A stretch of DNA of 64,000 nt from Raillietiella orientalis (Eukaryota): the NCBI GenBank assembly GCA_036172245.1, contig JAYWIR010000024.1, forward strand, positions 868,001-932,000, written 5' to 3'. The translations under genes were made by a program, and so were the position numbers. A model generated the notes under the pieces. The model did no database searches, had not been told where the DNA came from, and saw nothing but the letters and a program-made list of their open reading frames with translations. This document shows, piece by piece, positions 1 through 12,350 of the stretch (its first letter is position 1; every line of letters begins with the position of its first letter).

Positions 1-3000
1 CTTCTTTCAGGTTTAGCATTCAAGAAAACAGCCGGCTTTGTGTTGGTCCGATGATGTCAACATGCTCATAACTCACGGAGTATGCCATTCCATTGTATGC
101 TGAGCGGACATGTGAACACCACTTTTTTGGTCCTCGGATTACCCGCATCCTCCTGTCTTCGATGAGTTCGAAAAGTATCCAGCCCTTTCCCGTGTTTTCC
201 TGGTAAAAGGCAATCCGTCTGTCGATTCTCGCCCTCCACTCGCGTCCCGGGGAATTCTGAGGCGTAAAGCGGCATCCCAGACCTCGTTTCTGTCGTTTAC
301 GTCAGCAATTAGCATTCCTGGCTTTCCAAATTTTCCTTTCGTTGATTCAAGAGTGTTCTGCTGTTTCGATGAGTTCGCCCGACTTCGTCTTAAGTAGAAA
401 GACAGAGTCCGTTGGGATGTGTTGGAAAATGTCTTTGGCATCGTTTGCGTTTCGCAAACAAGGAGAGAGAAAATAAACTTTTGATTCTGCAGATTCCACA
501 GAGATTCGATTCCCCTGAATCGGATTCGTTCATCTCAAGCGGTGGCTATTTCTGCTAGCTGCGTCACTGGGGAGTGAGAAGAAAAGACATCCGATATTAG
601 GTTAGGTCAACACCACGGCCAAGCAGACTTCACTGATGCTGGGAATCTGTCCGAATCAGGGTAATCCTGCCCCAGCGTCCTCGATGCCCAGAATTCTCTC
701 CCGAGTAGAGATGTTTGTTGGGGAAATCTCATGGAGGCGTCCAGCCTCCTCATCTGAAGTGTTGGAAGAAATTCTATCAAATATTGTTGGTTTCCGGTAA
801 CTTGAAAAGGTTAATGGTCCTCGTCACATCATGAATGCTAACGTATTCATGATTCTTTGGAAGACATTCAGAGTCTTTGAACTCCCAACCATCTTTTTCC
901 TATGTGGTCATCAGAATCAGTTCAGTTCATTTTTTTTATGTGGCTCAGTCAATTAGCAAATCTAGTTCAGCCCGTTTCTGGAAATCTAGGGAACTGAAGA
1001 AACGGATCACAGGGGAATTCGTCATTCTACTTTTACGAGTCACAAGACTAAAGGTTTTCCTACAAATATTCGAAAATCTCGGGTCTCAATTCGCTGCAGC
1101 GTACTCTTGGGTTCTGAACAGATTGCAGCATTCTGAGAGAACCATCTGCGGTTTGCTTAAAGACCGGATAAGTGAACAACTTTCCAAGGCGGTCACCGGC
1201 TTTTCGGACCTTCTGCTTGTCGGCCACAGCGTAAGAATCAGAGACAAAGGGAAAACGCAGCTTCAATAGGAAGCATCGCCACAGAATGGTTACGGAATGA
1301 AAAAAAAAAAAAAAATCCCGAGTTCTCGAAATGGATCCTATATGGATGGATCTCGAAATGGAATTGGACTCCAAGAAGCTCTCCATGGACGACGAGCTGC
1401 CCCTGGCAGACAGTTGGTTTCTTCTTTTGAACAGCGAGGGTGCTGGGAATGCTGCAGCTTCCGAGGCCCCCCGTGAAATGCAGTTCGAGTTGCAAGCGAG
1501 GTGTCTGGAAGCATCTCTGGAAACGAAAGCAACTTCACCATGAGGGAACAAGAAGAATTCTCAGCCAATGACGCCAATCAAGCAAGCCACTTGAGTTCGG
1601 ATGCTTACCAAAAGGAAAAACGGATTTTTCTCCTTCCTCGGAAACGAAGTTGTTTCCTTAATAGATACGCAATCATCACCGAGATATTTAGAGCACTCAT
1701 GCCTCATGTGTGGATAATTATGCTTAAAGATCGCACGAAAATGCTTTAGGACTTTGATAGACTGAAGCTGATTTTTCGTCCGTTGATTTGCAATCGAACT
1801 TTTCATTTTCCTCCCGTTGTTCTCTAATTGCGCTTCACTTCTTCTCCTGGGGATTTCAACGGCTATCCGGAACACTCTTCGCTGCTGACTTCAAGAAAGA
1901 AGGAATCCTCCAAACTATTCTCGCAAGTGTTTTTCGTGCTCATTTAAATTCAGTGGAGATGAGGCGCTTTCCGGAGTGTGGGCGCTTGGCATTCTGCTTC
2001 GGGAAAGCGCAAGCATTCCGTTTCGGGTCGTGCTGGAGTTCTGCAAACACGAGCCGTCCGGATGGCAAACACGGAGTGTCCCCCACGAGGAAATAGAAGG
2101 ACTTTTAGCAACTTCCGAAGCTAACAGAAAAAGAAAGAAAAAGCAGAGGGGATGCCATCCGTATCCCATGGACGCAGGTATTGAGATCGGGCAAATTTTC
2201 GCGTGCTAAGCGACGTTGGTGCAGAGGTGGTCTCGAACAGCACTTCCTCTAACGGACGAGACGCTGACTGATCCTCCGCAGACGCTTTCCGATCCTTCGA
2301 TCTTTTTTCCTTTTTTGTGGATTTTGTAGTTTGGTTCTTCCGCATGCTCGAGGCTTAACACAAAGAATAAACTGCTCGAATTTATTCTAAGGTTTTGGTC
2401 GCGAGAATTCGAACAACCCGTTTGTTTGCTTGTTTTTTTTTTTTTTTTTTCGAAACAAGGACGATGCCTTTATCGAGGATGCTGCTGTTCGATGGGCATA
2501 AACTGAAACTCGCACAATTTCTTCAGTATTTCGAAGGGGAACTCAAAGAAGAGGCCTTTTCCTCTCCTTAAATTTTTCAGGGTTCGCTCGCTTTTTTTTT
2601 TTCTTCTTTGTTCGTTTCCCCACCAGAAATGCACTGGAAAGCAAACTGCTGATGCAGCCATCTCCTCTCGCATCAAGCAAGACTGTCGAGTACGTTCATC
2701 TCCATTGCAGACTTGGAAGAGTTCGATTCCCTTCGGTGACCGAAATGACAAACCTCAAGTGAGCAAATCTTAGCTCCAATGGCAAACACCATAAGCTGGA
2801 GAGTGAACAGTAGGGCAGCATTGGGACTCTTTCAGGCGTTGGAAAGGGCCTGACTTCAATCAGCTCGATTTCAAGAACCACCTTGCACTGCTAGCCACAA
2901 AAGCAAACAGCATGCTCAGCATTGATTTTACGGTAGTTCTCAAAACTCGCAGAGAGCCTCCGTCACATTGAGAGCCTGCAAAGATCTTCCAGACGTTGAG

Positions 3001-3828
3001 GCGTTTCCTTCCCCAATCGTTAAATCATTAGAAGGCAGAGTCCGGTGGCGCGAAGAAACGGTCCCGAGCCTGAACTCACCCCTGCCACCAACTATCTGCC
3101 AGGGAAAAAATGTGCCACGGACATGCTGCTCGGCCTCAGTCATCCATGAGTTTCCCGCTTGCAGCCTGTCCTATTGCAGTCCTTGATCCACAACAAGGCT
3201 TCCACGCATATCCTGAATGATGACGTTGCGTTGCTTGAAAAGTTCTGCTTATGAGCCCAGAAGACTTTCACTGTGAATTCGTTTCTTTCCTTTCTTGTAT
3301 TTCATTACGACAAAAGTTACGTCATCCTCTCCCTGAGAGGATGGTGTGAACCTTGAGTCAATCCTCCTCCAACTTCCGGGTTTCATTGGTTCCGAGAGAC
3401 GGTAGTTAATTTCCCCCCTTTCTATCTTGGATTCCCATCCGACCTCACCTCAGGCTAGCCTATTTACGTATATTTGTTCCCATTACGGTGACTAGGCCGC
3501 GAGCCTTTCGTTCCAGTGTTTTCACGGGCGTTTGGTTGCGACTCACTCAGCTGATGCGATCTCAGTATCCGACTCTGTGGCATGGGTACGAAGTTCCTCT
3601 GCCTTGCTTCATTCCACCAGTTTCATCTACGCCAGAAATGATTCATGGACCAATGCGGCCAAGAAGTAGGAGCCGAGGTCATCTGATGTCGGCTTCTTTT
3701 CCTTTCCCATTGTGCATTCTCCTCCGAATGGAAGTTCATGGATTCATTCAAAATAAACAAAGCACACGCGACAGCAATCTTTGCATCATTTCATCCCCTA
3801 TGATTCTAGATCCAAAGGTCTGAAAATG

Positions 3829-4574
3829 CAGGTCGTTTAAGAAATCGCTCGTGTTTTCAAGGGAAGGAATCATCCCGGACGGGTAGCCATGGTTACTCGT
3901 GGTTGAAATGGATGACAAAGCCTCCGGAATTGCATTCACGTGACAGTTTTCCTAAGGTCTCCTAAGTAGAGTGACTCCAAATGTTGAGGTCCAGAGACCT
4001 AGGAAACTCAGTCATCGAGTAGAGGGGACTTGATTTTTTCTTTTTCTTTTTTCGTCTCAGAAAAAGGCTCCAAGCGAAGGAAGAAGAAGAATGCGAGAAT
4101 AGCACATGGCACGTTAAGCTGCCAATTTCCCTCCCGTTCCGGTTTCTGCAGAAGTGAGGAATTTTTGTTAACAGGTGGTAATCGGTAACTCAAAAGAGAG
4201 CGCTTCTTTGGAGACTTGACTATAGAACCATCAGAAAACCAATCTCTAAAGTTGATCCTGAGAATTGTCATCTGTGCAACAGAAAAAAAGAAAAAAAGAG
4301 GAGGAAAAAAGAGAAAAAGGAAAAGCAATACCTTCGATTAAAAAATTTGTGGCTGTTGCTCATGAGTTTCTAGAAAGAAAGATGATGTCCAATTAACAAA
4401 AATTCATCCATGACCAAAGAGTTTCCTATCCCCATCAGCAATATACAGTGATGCACTGCAAACACAGGTCGCTTAAGAAAATCGCTCGTGTTTCCATGGG
4501 AAGGAATCAGACAGGTGGACACGGTTACCCTTGGATGAAATGGGTGACAAAGCTCTGGAATTGCATTCAGAGTG
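3829..4574 (+). repeat. Diverged direct repeat, ~110-115 bp units at 3829-3943 and 4465-4574
   Basis: Both read CAGGTCG(T/C)TTAAGAAA..TCGCTCGTGTTT..GGGAAGGAATCA....GGTTAC....GAAATGG(A/G)TGACAAAGC....GGAATTGCATTCA..GTGA. Confidence 0.85.
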
Positions 4575-6036
4575 ATCGCACGAAATGCAATGGGATCAGT
4601 AGAGCATCCCAATTCGGTGTGAGTGTAAAGGAGATGAATTTCGCAGAAACAGAGAGATCAGAACAGTTCCACGAGAAAGCGATTCGTTTCTCCCCTCTTT
4701 TGTGCTTTTCAAGGAAACTCTTTTATAGGACTTTTAGAGAGTTTCGCAGTGGCACGTTCTGAGTCATGCTGTAAAAGATCCATGGATTGAAAATAACGAA
4801 GGATCCAGTTCGAATGAGGGAACCGTGCGAATCGAAATCTCCGGTTGATGCTGCTCGCAATAGTGTATTAGAAGACCGCCTTTTGAGGAACTGCTCGCAA
4901 GGGAAGGATATACGGGAGCAGAATCTAAGGGACACAGGGAAAGAGGCTCGCAGGAGGAGAAAAAAAAAATCTTTTGGTTCCAGTGAACAAGGGATCACCG
5001 TACCTAAGATACCCAGGAAAGCTAGCACTGCCGCTACAATCGTTCCACATTTCCGAGATCCCATCATCTTTCTCTCGAGGTTTGATCATTGTGCTGAGGC
5101 ACACACCATAATTCCCGACTACTGTGATCTACACTGAAGTTTCAAAGGCATGTGGACTTCGCGCTGTTCTCGAGGAGAGCCAATAAATTCTTTCGAGAAA
5201 ATGAGCAGGAAAGACAGCTGAGGCATGTACATCTCGGCTCAGAGGAACCAGTGAGATACCAAATCCTCTGTGTGGTGTGGGGTGATTATACGCTTCACGA
5301 AGCAAAAAACCATCACATAAATCCAAAGACTTAAGCGAGAAAAAGCTCTCAGAAGAGGAGACTGTTAACACGTATAATCACGCTTCGAGGGGATATCTTG
5401 AAGCAGGATGTGCCTTTCCTAGCAGCAGCTTTGGTATCAACATGTGGAGGGAAGAGGATATCTGTAGAAAACAAGCGTTGAGGAGCTTAGAGGTTTTTTT
5501 TTTTTTTTTTCTTCAGATGCCACATATCCAGTTTCTGAACATAGAGATCTGGGGCTTCTTGAAAACGAAGTCATTCAACTCGGCTATGGAAACACCTCGT
5601 TCACATCCTGCTGAATAATCATATCACGATTTTTCGTTTCGTTTGCATCCAGTCAGATCCGAATCGAATCATTTCGTGAAGACTCATTCATTGTAAAATA
5701 CGAGAGATTTTTCTTAACGGAAGCGAAATAAAGTCATCTTTTAGAATCTAAGAATTCTGTTCGTAGCAACGGACTGATCATGCGTGGATCAAACAAAGAG
5801 ACCGTGAAGATTTTTTGTTGAAAATGATGCTTGAAGCCACCTCCGGGATCCTGAAGTGGATTACATAGCTTATTGAACTCCATCCTAATTCGAAGACAAT
5901 TTATGCATTGACACAGAAGGAATTCTAAAAGGAATTCAATTGATATAATCTTGAAATTCTAAAGAGCTGTTGACGAAAGAGTGGCAAATGAGATCTCGTG
6001 CAAAGCGCAAGCTCTTCTTCCCCTCTGCACACATGA

Positions 6037-6620
6037 GGGACAGCATCAAAATTTAAAAGAGGAATCCTGAGCGGGTCCAGGCTCAAGCACTTCACGCGAA
6101 GACGGGAGGACGAAGACTGCCAAGCATGTGGAGACATCGATACAAGACTTCACATCTTGACGTGTCCCACATTGCTCCACGACTGGCTGATCCTGAAAAG
6201 GATCATTGGACTCACCACCAGCTCCACAATGGAGATCTTTGCCGGAATGTTTCAGGGAGATAGTAATGTTCCCTGTTACAATCCCATGGTGAGGACGACC
6301 ATTGCTCTCTTCATCACCGCCATACTTGTGCGGTGGTGGAAGATGAGGAAAGTCAGGAGAGCCGCACCCCCGATGGAGATCCTACAAGAACTCATCAAGA
6401 AGGGAATCGGCATCAGGAACTGTGGACGACTCCATGCCTGGACGTACCGATTCATCCTGAAGAGGATTGAGGACGACGCCCGGGACCGAACACCGAGGAA
6501 CTCACACTGAACGCAGAACTTACGACATCCCCAAGGACTTCCAAGTGAACAGTGGTAATATAGTGTGTGAATGTGATTGTAGTATGAATGTGTTTTAAAA
6601 TTGAAAATAAATTTACTCCA
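6037..6620 (+). mobile_element. 5'-truncated non-LTR retrotransposon 3' end: ORF2 C-terminal CCHC finger (zf-RVT-like) plus AT-rich tail
   Basis: Frame 6037-6510 is open and reads ...EDEDCQACGDIDTRLHILTCPTLLHDW... (CX2CX7HX3C). It is followed by an AT-rich 3' region with AATAAA near 6607. Confidence 0.8.
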
Positions 6621-6689
6621 CGCATATTGGGACCTGGGGAAAATCAAAATTTAAAAGTTAGCCCTAGTTCAAAATGTTGTGCAGACACA

Positions 6690-7060
6690 ACATTTTCAAG
6701 GGTTGTTTCTTCGAGACTGATCTCCCCTTGATGATGTGCAAGGTGTCCAGCGCTTTACTTTTGAAAGCTCCGATGGAGGCCTTCAACTTCTCCGTGGTTG
6801 AGCTCCTTCACCTTATCAGAGGGCATCGAAAGGTTATCGATCATTCTTCCTTGCAGCTCTGTTTCAATTTTGGGAAAATCACTTGCTACGGTTCTGCACT
6901 TTGATCTTAGCCAAAAGGCCGAGAAGCGAGTTCTGGTGGGACATGGAGTGTGCATGGTGCCACGGAAATGCCCTTTGAATTCAGCCCTTTGAATGGAGAC
7001 AACGGCAACATGAGAAGGGGAGTGTTGTCATGGTGCACAAACCATCAGTCCTTTTCCAAT
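6690..7060 (-). mobile_element. Degenerate mariner/Tc1 transposase C-terminal remnant
   Basis: Minus frames give WFVHHDNTP (cf. W.LHHDNAP), DFPKIETELQGR (cf. FPKLK..LKGR) and KRWTPCTSSRGD (cf. KRW..C....GDY), with frameshifts and stops. Confidence 0.65.
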
Positions 7061-7809
7061 GGCTTCATTTTAGCCACTTCAGTTCCTCCATCAAATCGGG
7101 AGCTGTTCATAGCAAAGGGTTCAGTGGACCTGTCACTATGTACATCTACGACGGATGGCTCCTTGAAACAAAGTCCCACAACCATCTGATCTCACCTTAG
7201 CATGCGCCCGACGCTTCCTACCATTCAATTTCAAGGGAAGCTGCATCTTTCTGCAACTTTCAAATCAGCTATGAGAAGCTCCTAGAGTGCTCCAAGGCGT
7301 CATCCCTCGGAGTTCGGGAAATGAGGGATGAGGAAATCCTGAAGAGGCTTCATAGAAGGAAGAGTTCCCTTCTGAACTCAAAGTGGGTTTCGTGGAAAAT
7401 CCACAATCATCAGAAGTGTGACATTTAGAATATGGCAGCGTCGTAAATGCCATTACGGCTCTCCTTCCGAGGAAAAGGAAAGAAGAAAAAAAAAGCCGGC
7501 AAGGAAAAGTACACAAAGCGTCTCTTCTTGAAGGGAGGTGACAGTTTCCATGTGAATTACAAACAGCCAAATGTGAACTCGCAAGGTTTTGGCTGTAGGC
7601 ATGTATGGGCGATCGCATGGACCTACTACGTCTTGGCCTGCATGCCATAAAAGGGGGAGAGGCCTTCAGCTTTCTTTGTTGCCTCCATCCAATTTACCAC
7701 TCTTACGAATCCTTTGGAGCCAAACTATAAGATGGTTTCATTTTCGGAGATGATTTTACTTCAAAGTTTCCAGCAAACAAAGCAAGAAAAAAATGAGTTG
7801 TGCAAGTTG

Positions 7810-8050
7810 GCGATTGAGCGCGCTGGCGTCCGTGTGGCTGCAGCCTCCGCGCGTGGCACCAAGTTCTGAGGGTTCGATCCCCACGTGGAGGATCAACTCC
7901 GAGAATGGGGGGTGGGTCGTGGGTTTTGAGTTCACCCTCTCCCCCCGCAGGATGATGCTGGTTGGCCTACAGGTGTCGGGTGAGGCACTGGTGGATGCCC
8001 GAAACCCCCGGATGCTTCCGTTTACTGGCCGGGATTCGAAGTCAGTCCTG
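7810..8050 (+). mobile_element. Repeat 5' head with tRNA-like B box (other copies near 31790 and 59190; partial minus copy near 14820)
   Basis: GGTTCGATCC at 7871-7880, then GAGGATCAA, CAGGATGATGCTGGTTGGCC, GGCACTGGTGG and CCGGGATTCGAAGT. These blocks recur in the same order at 59213-59377 and largely at 31825-31939 plus 32593-32652. Confidence 0.7.
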
Positions 8051-9893
8051 AACGCTGGATCCAGAAACTCCTGATCTTTTGAAGTCATTCCAAAAATCAG
8101 GGAGCACCGATTCCCTTCGTAGTCCTCCTCCGGTTGTGAAACTGGAACTACTTCAGCTCTCTTTTTATCCTTTACCGGCATCCACGCCTCGGTGTCAGCA
8201 TTGGCTGTTGGCTCCCTGGGACCTGGAGGTCTCAGAAATGATCGATTTCTGTGGGAGTTAAGAATTTTCCTGCTGCACCCTGATCAGATGAGACTCTGAT
8301 GCTGTCCTCGAAAATCCAGCGGAGAGGACAGCTGCTATACCTACCGGACTGACCACCCACTCGATGAAGGATCGATCATCTAGACCCTTTGCAGAAGGAT
8401 CATCTATCTTTTCTGCAAGAACCATAGGAAACCACAACAGTATCTCAGAGATCTGAGCTCTTCTTCTCCAGGCCCAAATCGCTGAACCCATATTTCGCAA
8501 CTGGACATCAGGAAGAGTAGGAGGGGATCGCTCCCAAGTATGTCTGATTTGAATCTGCAACTTTTGAGATCATCTTTTTTGAAGCGGGTTGTCCGAAAAG
8601 GAGCTTCAGATCACCAGCCGAAATGTGCACTCACCCGGATTGTGCCACGCTCACCATGATGTTTCAGTTCGTCTATATCACCTTCACAAACAGGTTTTAT
8701 TCTTTGTGGGAAGTTCTTCGAGCAAGGGAGGATCAAACGTGAAGTTGCAATCAAAAGAGGTCAACTTATTCAACTTATTGCAAACTCCTGATGAAGTGAA
8801 AGAGAAAAAGAGATGCAATGCTTTTCGCACTGGAAGCTGGACGATCCAGTGAGCCACTGTAACCTTGTTGTTGCATTGCGATCTTCCTCGTGCAAGGATG
8901 GGCGCAGGCCTGGGTAGAGAGGTGTGGTGCGCGTTGCATCGGCGCGTCGAGTAGAGCTTTTCTCTCCATCTGCTGGAAGGGGTCAAGGCTGCCGCACAAT
9001 GGAGAACCTGTCTCAAGGTGAAGAAAACTCTCCGAGGCTGCTTCGGCCTCATCAGTTGCCACCTCTCTGGCCACGTTTTGCTACAAGTGAGACAAGCAGT
9101 GGTGCAGAGGATGGAAGCGGATTGATACTCTTCCATCCTAAGTATCTTCCCTTTGATGATTGCCGTCTTTCCCGTGAGGTGGCTTCAGCTGGAGAATAAG
9201 GAAGGGCGATGGAACTACTGTTGCAAAACCTGGGACGACATATCAGTACCCCTATCATCCCCCTTGCCGCTTTCCACGCTTTCAATCACGCAAGTCAGAA
9301 ACTCCTAAAATCGCCACTTCACCTTGTCTGCTTATCTGAGCTCCTTCTGGTGCAACGCGCTGATAAGCAGCTCAATGCTCCAGGGGGGAGGCTCACTGTG
9401 TGCAGTCCCTGTCGCTGAGGAAGATAGATAGAATTTGTTAGGTTAACAGTGTCCCGACTCTACTCTACCAGGACTATAGTGTTGATGATGAATGCTCATA
9501 GGAAAATTATGATGCCCTGCCGAAGCCCTGTCTCTTCACTCGGACTTTCGCATCTTATGTGGACGCTGGGAACATGCTTCTGCTCCTGCTCACGTCCGTT
9601 GCGGCAACGTCTCTCGACATGCTCTTCCGGTTGATTTATCAGGAAGTGGGCTCGTGAGCGAACAGGAAGTTCACACGGTCCTCCCAATTGGAGCAGCAGG
9701 ACTGGATCTGCCTAGGGATTCACACAGAAGCTACTTTCGAGTGCCTTGGGGTGCTCAGGACGACTTCTGCACTGCAGTGTGGTCAGGTCGTCTTCAGAAG
9801 GCAAAGAGGTACTGGTTTCGTTCCTGAACGGCAAGTCAATCCTGCAAGAGGCGGCTCCAGGATGGAATACCTTTTGCCTCCTTTACATGGGGA

Positions 9894-10683
9894 CTTGAGA
9901 TCGACTGAACCATTCTCAAAGACTGTTCACATGGAACCCTCTTCCACATGAGACCTCTAGGATCTCACTGGAGTATTTGTTACTACTATCATGATCTGCG
10001 CCGAAGGCAGCTTCAGGACCTGAGGAACCTTCCATCCAGAAGGGAGGAATGCCTCCTTCCCTGCGGTTCGGTCGATTCAACTCTTGCGAAGCATCCATTT
10101 TCAGGATTACCTGCTTCGGCAGGTGAGTCGTTACTCACTCCTCAGCGGATCTCGGGTTCCATAACCACCGAGATGCTGTCCATGGCAACCAACACTTTTC
10201 ATGAGATCTGCTGAGTGTCGCCATCGGGCGCCGTAACCTTATGTTTGGTTCATCTCACGTTGCCAGCTCTGCTCACCAAAATAGGCCTACTGGTGATGCT
10301 GATGGATGCGACAGTCCGAGCTCCAGTGTCCAAGGGCGAGCCGGAGTTCTCACCCACTGAAAGCTTGAGAATAGGTAGAGGTCCTTTCGTCCCCAAGACC
10401 TCGAATCATGTGCTTTACCTGGTGAGACTACGTCCTCCTTCCACTTCGACGAGTGCTAGCCATCCCGAGGGAAACTTCAGAGGGAACCTGCTACTAGATG
10501 GTTCGACCAGTCTTTCTTCCCTACACTCAAATGTTGCGATGGAGTTTCACGTCCGGGGTCGCTGCGGACTGCATAGGAAGCTCTGGCTAAGGAAACTCTG
10601 GATTTCGATCTCAGGATGGAACCAGCGCTTCTTCTGGATTCGTCCTGGTCAGGCATAGTTTACCATCGTTCGAGTCCCAGCGT
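9894..10683 (-). pseudogene. Dispersed, degenerate 28S (LSU) rRNA fragment
   Basis: The plus strand matches the reverse complement of conserved LSU core blocks: GATCGACTGA..CTGTTCACATGGAACCC, GGAGTATTTG.TACTAC, CATCCATTTTCAGG..GCTTCGGCAGGTGAG, TTGAGAATAGG..CCCCAAGACCTC.AATCAT, GAGGGAAACTTC.GAGGGAACC.GCTACTAGATGGTTCGA and CAGGCATAGTT.ACCATC. It carries many substitutions and indels. Confidence 0.92.
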
Positions 10684-10699
10684 CCTCTTCTTATCCCTA

Positions 10700-12350
10700 A
10701 TTTTTCCTTGCTCCTTGTCTGCGAAGCGAATGAAATCCATGCAGGACTCTGCAAGGTCCAAGATATCTTTGAAAGACTTGGTAGACTTTGTACTAGGCGA
10801 ACAATGAGGAAGGTAAAGCTGTGGCTGCAAGGCTGAGAAATCAGCATTACTAATTCTCAGCCTCTTCAGATTCTCAGGGGCACAGCTGCAAGGGTCTTGC
10901 GTCCCTGTTTTGGTGCAGCCGCTGGAAGGACTCTAAGCTTCCCGCTTAGGAAGAGAACAGTAGAAAGAGAACCAGAAGACCTCCTACCGCTCGGCGAACT
11001 TTCGTGTGCTGCTTACAATCTCGGGAGGCTGGAACTTTTCGCGTCTCCAAGAGAAACTTTCGGAGACGAGAAAAGTGAACCATGCGTCTGAACTTGGACA
11101 CAGTACCTCCTAAGGAGGGCACAAGCGCAAGGACTACGGCACTGGACGAAAAACAAAGCTTCTGAGAGGCTCTCAGAACAATATTCCCCTTCCCTTCTTG
11201 TTTGGACAGCATTGTGCTTCTCCTCCGGAAGCAACAAACAAAGGCGCCCTTCCCGCACTGATCTCTCCCATCTCAAGAAGGGAGAAGGGAAGCTCCGTCC
11301 GAAGTGTGTCTAGTATGGATTGAAAGACTTCATCCCACATCATTTGCTGGACCGTAGCGCCCTCCATTTGCTTCGAAGCCTCATAGCAATTTTTACTTTG
11401 ACAACATACCCAAGGACCTTGTGCGCAGCCTCAAGTGGACTCTTGCCGGCCGCAGCAGACTGTCTTGTGCCACGTCTGAGACAAAATAAAAACAGTCGTT
11501 CTTTGCAATCAACTACTCCACCAGAGAACCAGGGACATTCCTCTCCTAGCCGTATTCATGCTGTCCAGAGTAGAAGGTGCCTTCCCTGAATCCAGATGTG
11601 ATGGGATGATGGGTAGTGATGATGGATATCTCCAGCAGCATCCCGCTTTGGAGACTGCTGTGAAGTTCCTGCAAAAGATCTCCATCCCTATTCCGAATCC
11701 ATTCGGTGCACCCAGAAACTCTAGGACGGCTAGCTGAAACACTAGAAGGAGGTTCTAGGGAAATCACAATTCATCAGGATGTTTGGTAGAGTACGATTAT
11801 CATGGAACTCTTTGAGACTGATCAGTGACGGGAAGTCGATTCATTCTGGTCTTTCTCTCCTTGTTCACTTATTTATGAAGCCTTCCTCAACAAACTTTCA
11901 TTTCATCCAAAGTCTGTCCAGTGTCCATGTTTTCTTTTGTATGTGACCAAATTCAGATTGACCTTTTGTTTCGATGCACTCTCTTGATTTCAAACAAATA
12001 ATCCGATACATCGAGAATGCAGATGAGAACTGAAGAAACTCAAGTATCGGACTTCGGCGGCAGCAACCGTCCTGTCCTCTCCGAGTTCCTTTTAGAGCAG
12101 AGAGACAGAGCACGGATGCGATGATTTCAGAGGTTTTCTCAAAGCCTATGTTCCCATGAAGCACCTTCGATACGACATCTGTCCTGCCCCTTTCCTTCGT
12201 CAGGTTTGGTGCCTCCTCCTCTAAGAACGAAACAGCAAATCTTCTCGATCACCAGATGGCCCTCCCGTAAAGTTGAGAGTTGTGGTGAGATTCCGGAGGC
12301 ACTGCGATACTGGGTCAACCCACCACAGGAGAGAAGCAAGCTTCAATTAT
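10700..12350 (-). mobile_element. Decayed L1/Tx1-like ORF2 reverse transcriptase remnant
   Basis: Ordered minus-strand motifs: RRGQDG (cf. PGPDG), LEFLGAPNGF, PITSGFREG (cf. SGVRQG), HKVLGY (cf. KYLG) and WDEVFQSIL...LPFSLL (post-RT). Confidence 0.6.

Noticed and set aside
7365..7420. Hammerhead-like core on the minus strand (CUGAUGA-UU-GUGGA/UCCAC-GAAA)
   Set aside because: There are two extra nucleotides before stem II, and stems I and III do not form convincingly.
7447..7650. SWIM-finger/MULE-like CRHVWAI motif
   Set aside because: The upstream CxC is absent and there is no other transposase evidence.
7840..7860. CCTCCGCGCGTGG as an HDV-like ribozyme P3/L3
   Set aside because: The loop length is wrong and it is not conserved in the other head copies; I could not build the nested pseudoknot.
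9025..9060. Minus-strand CUGAUGAGGCCGAAG resembling a hammerhead
   Set aside because: No GAAA follows stem II.
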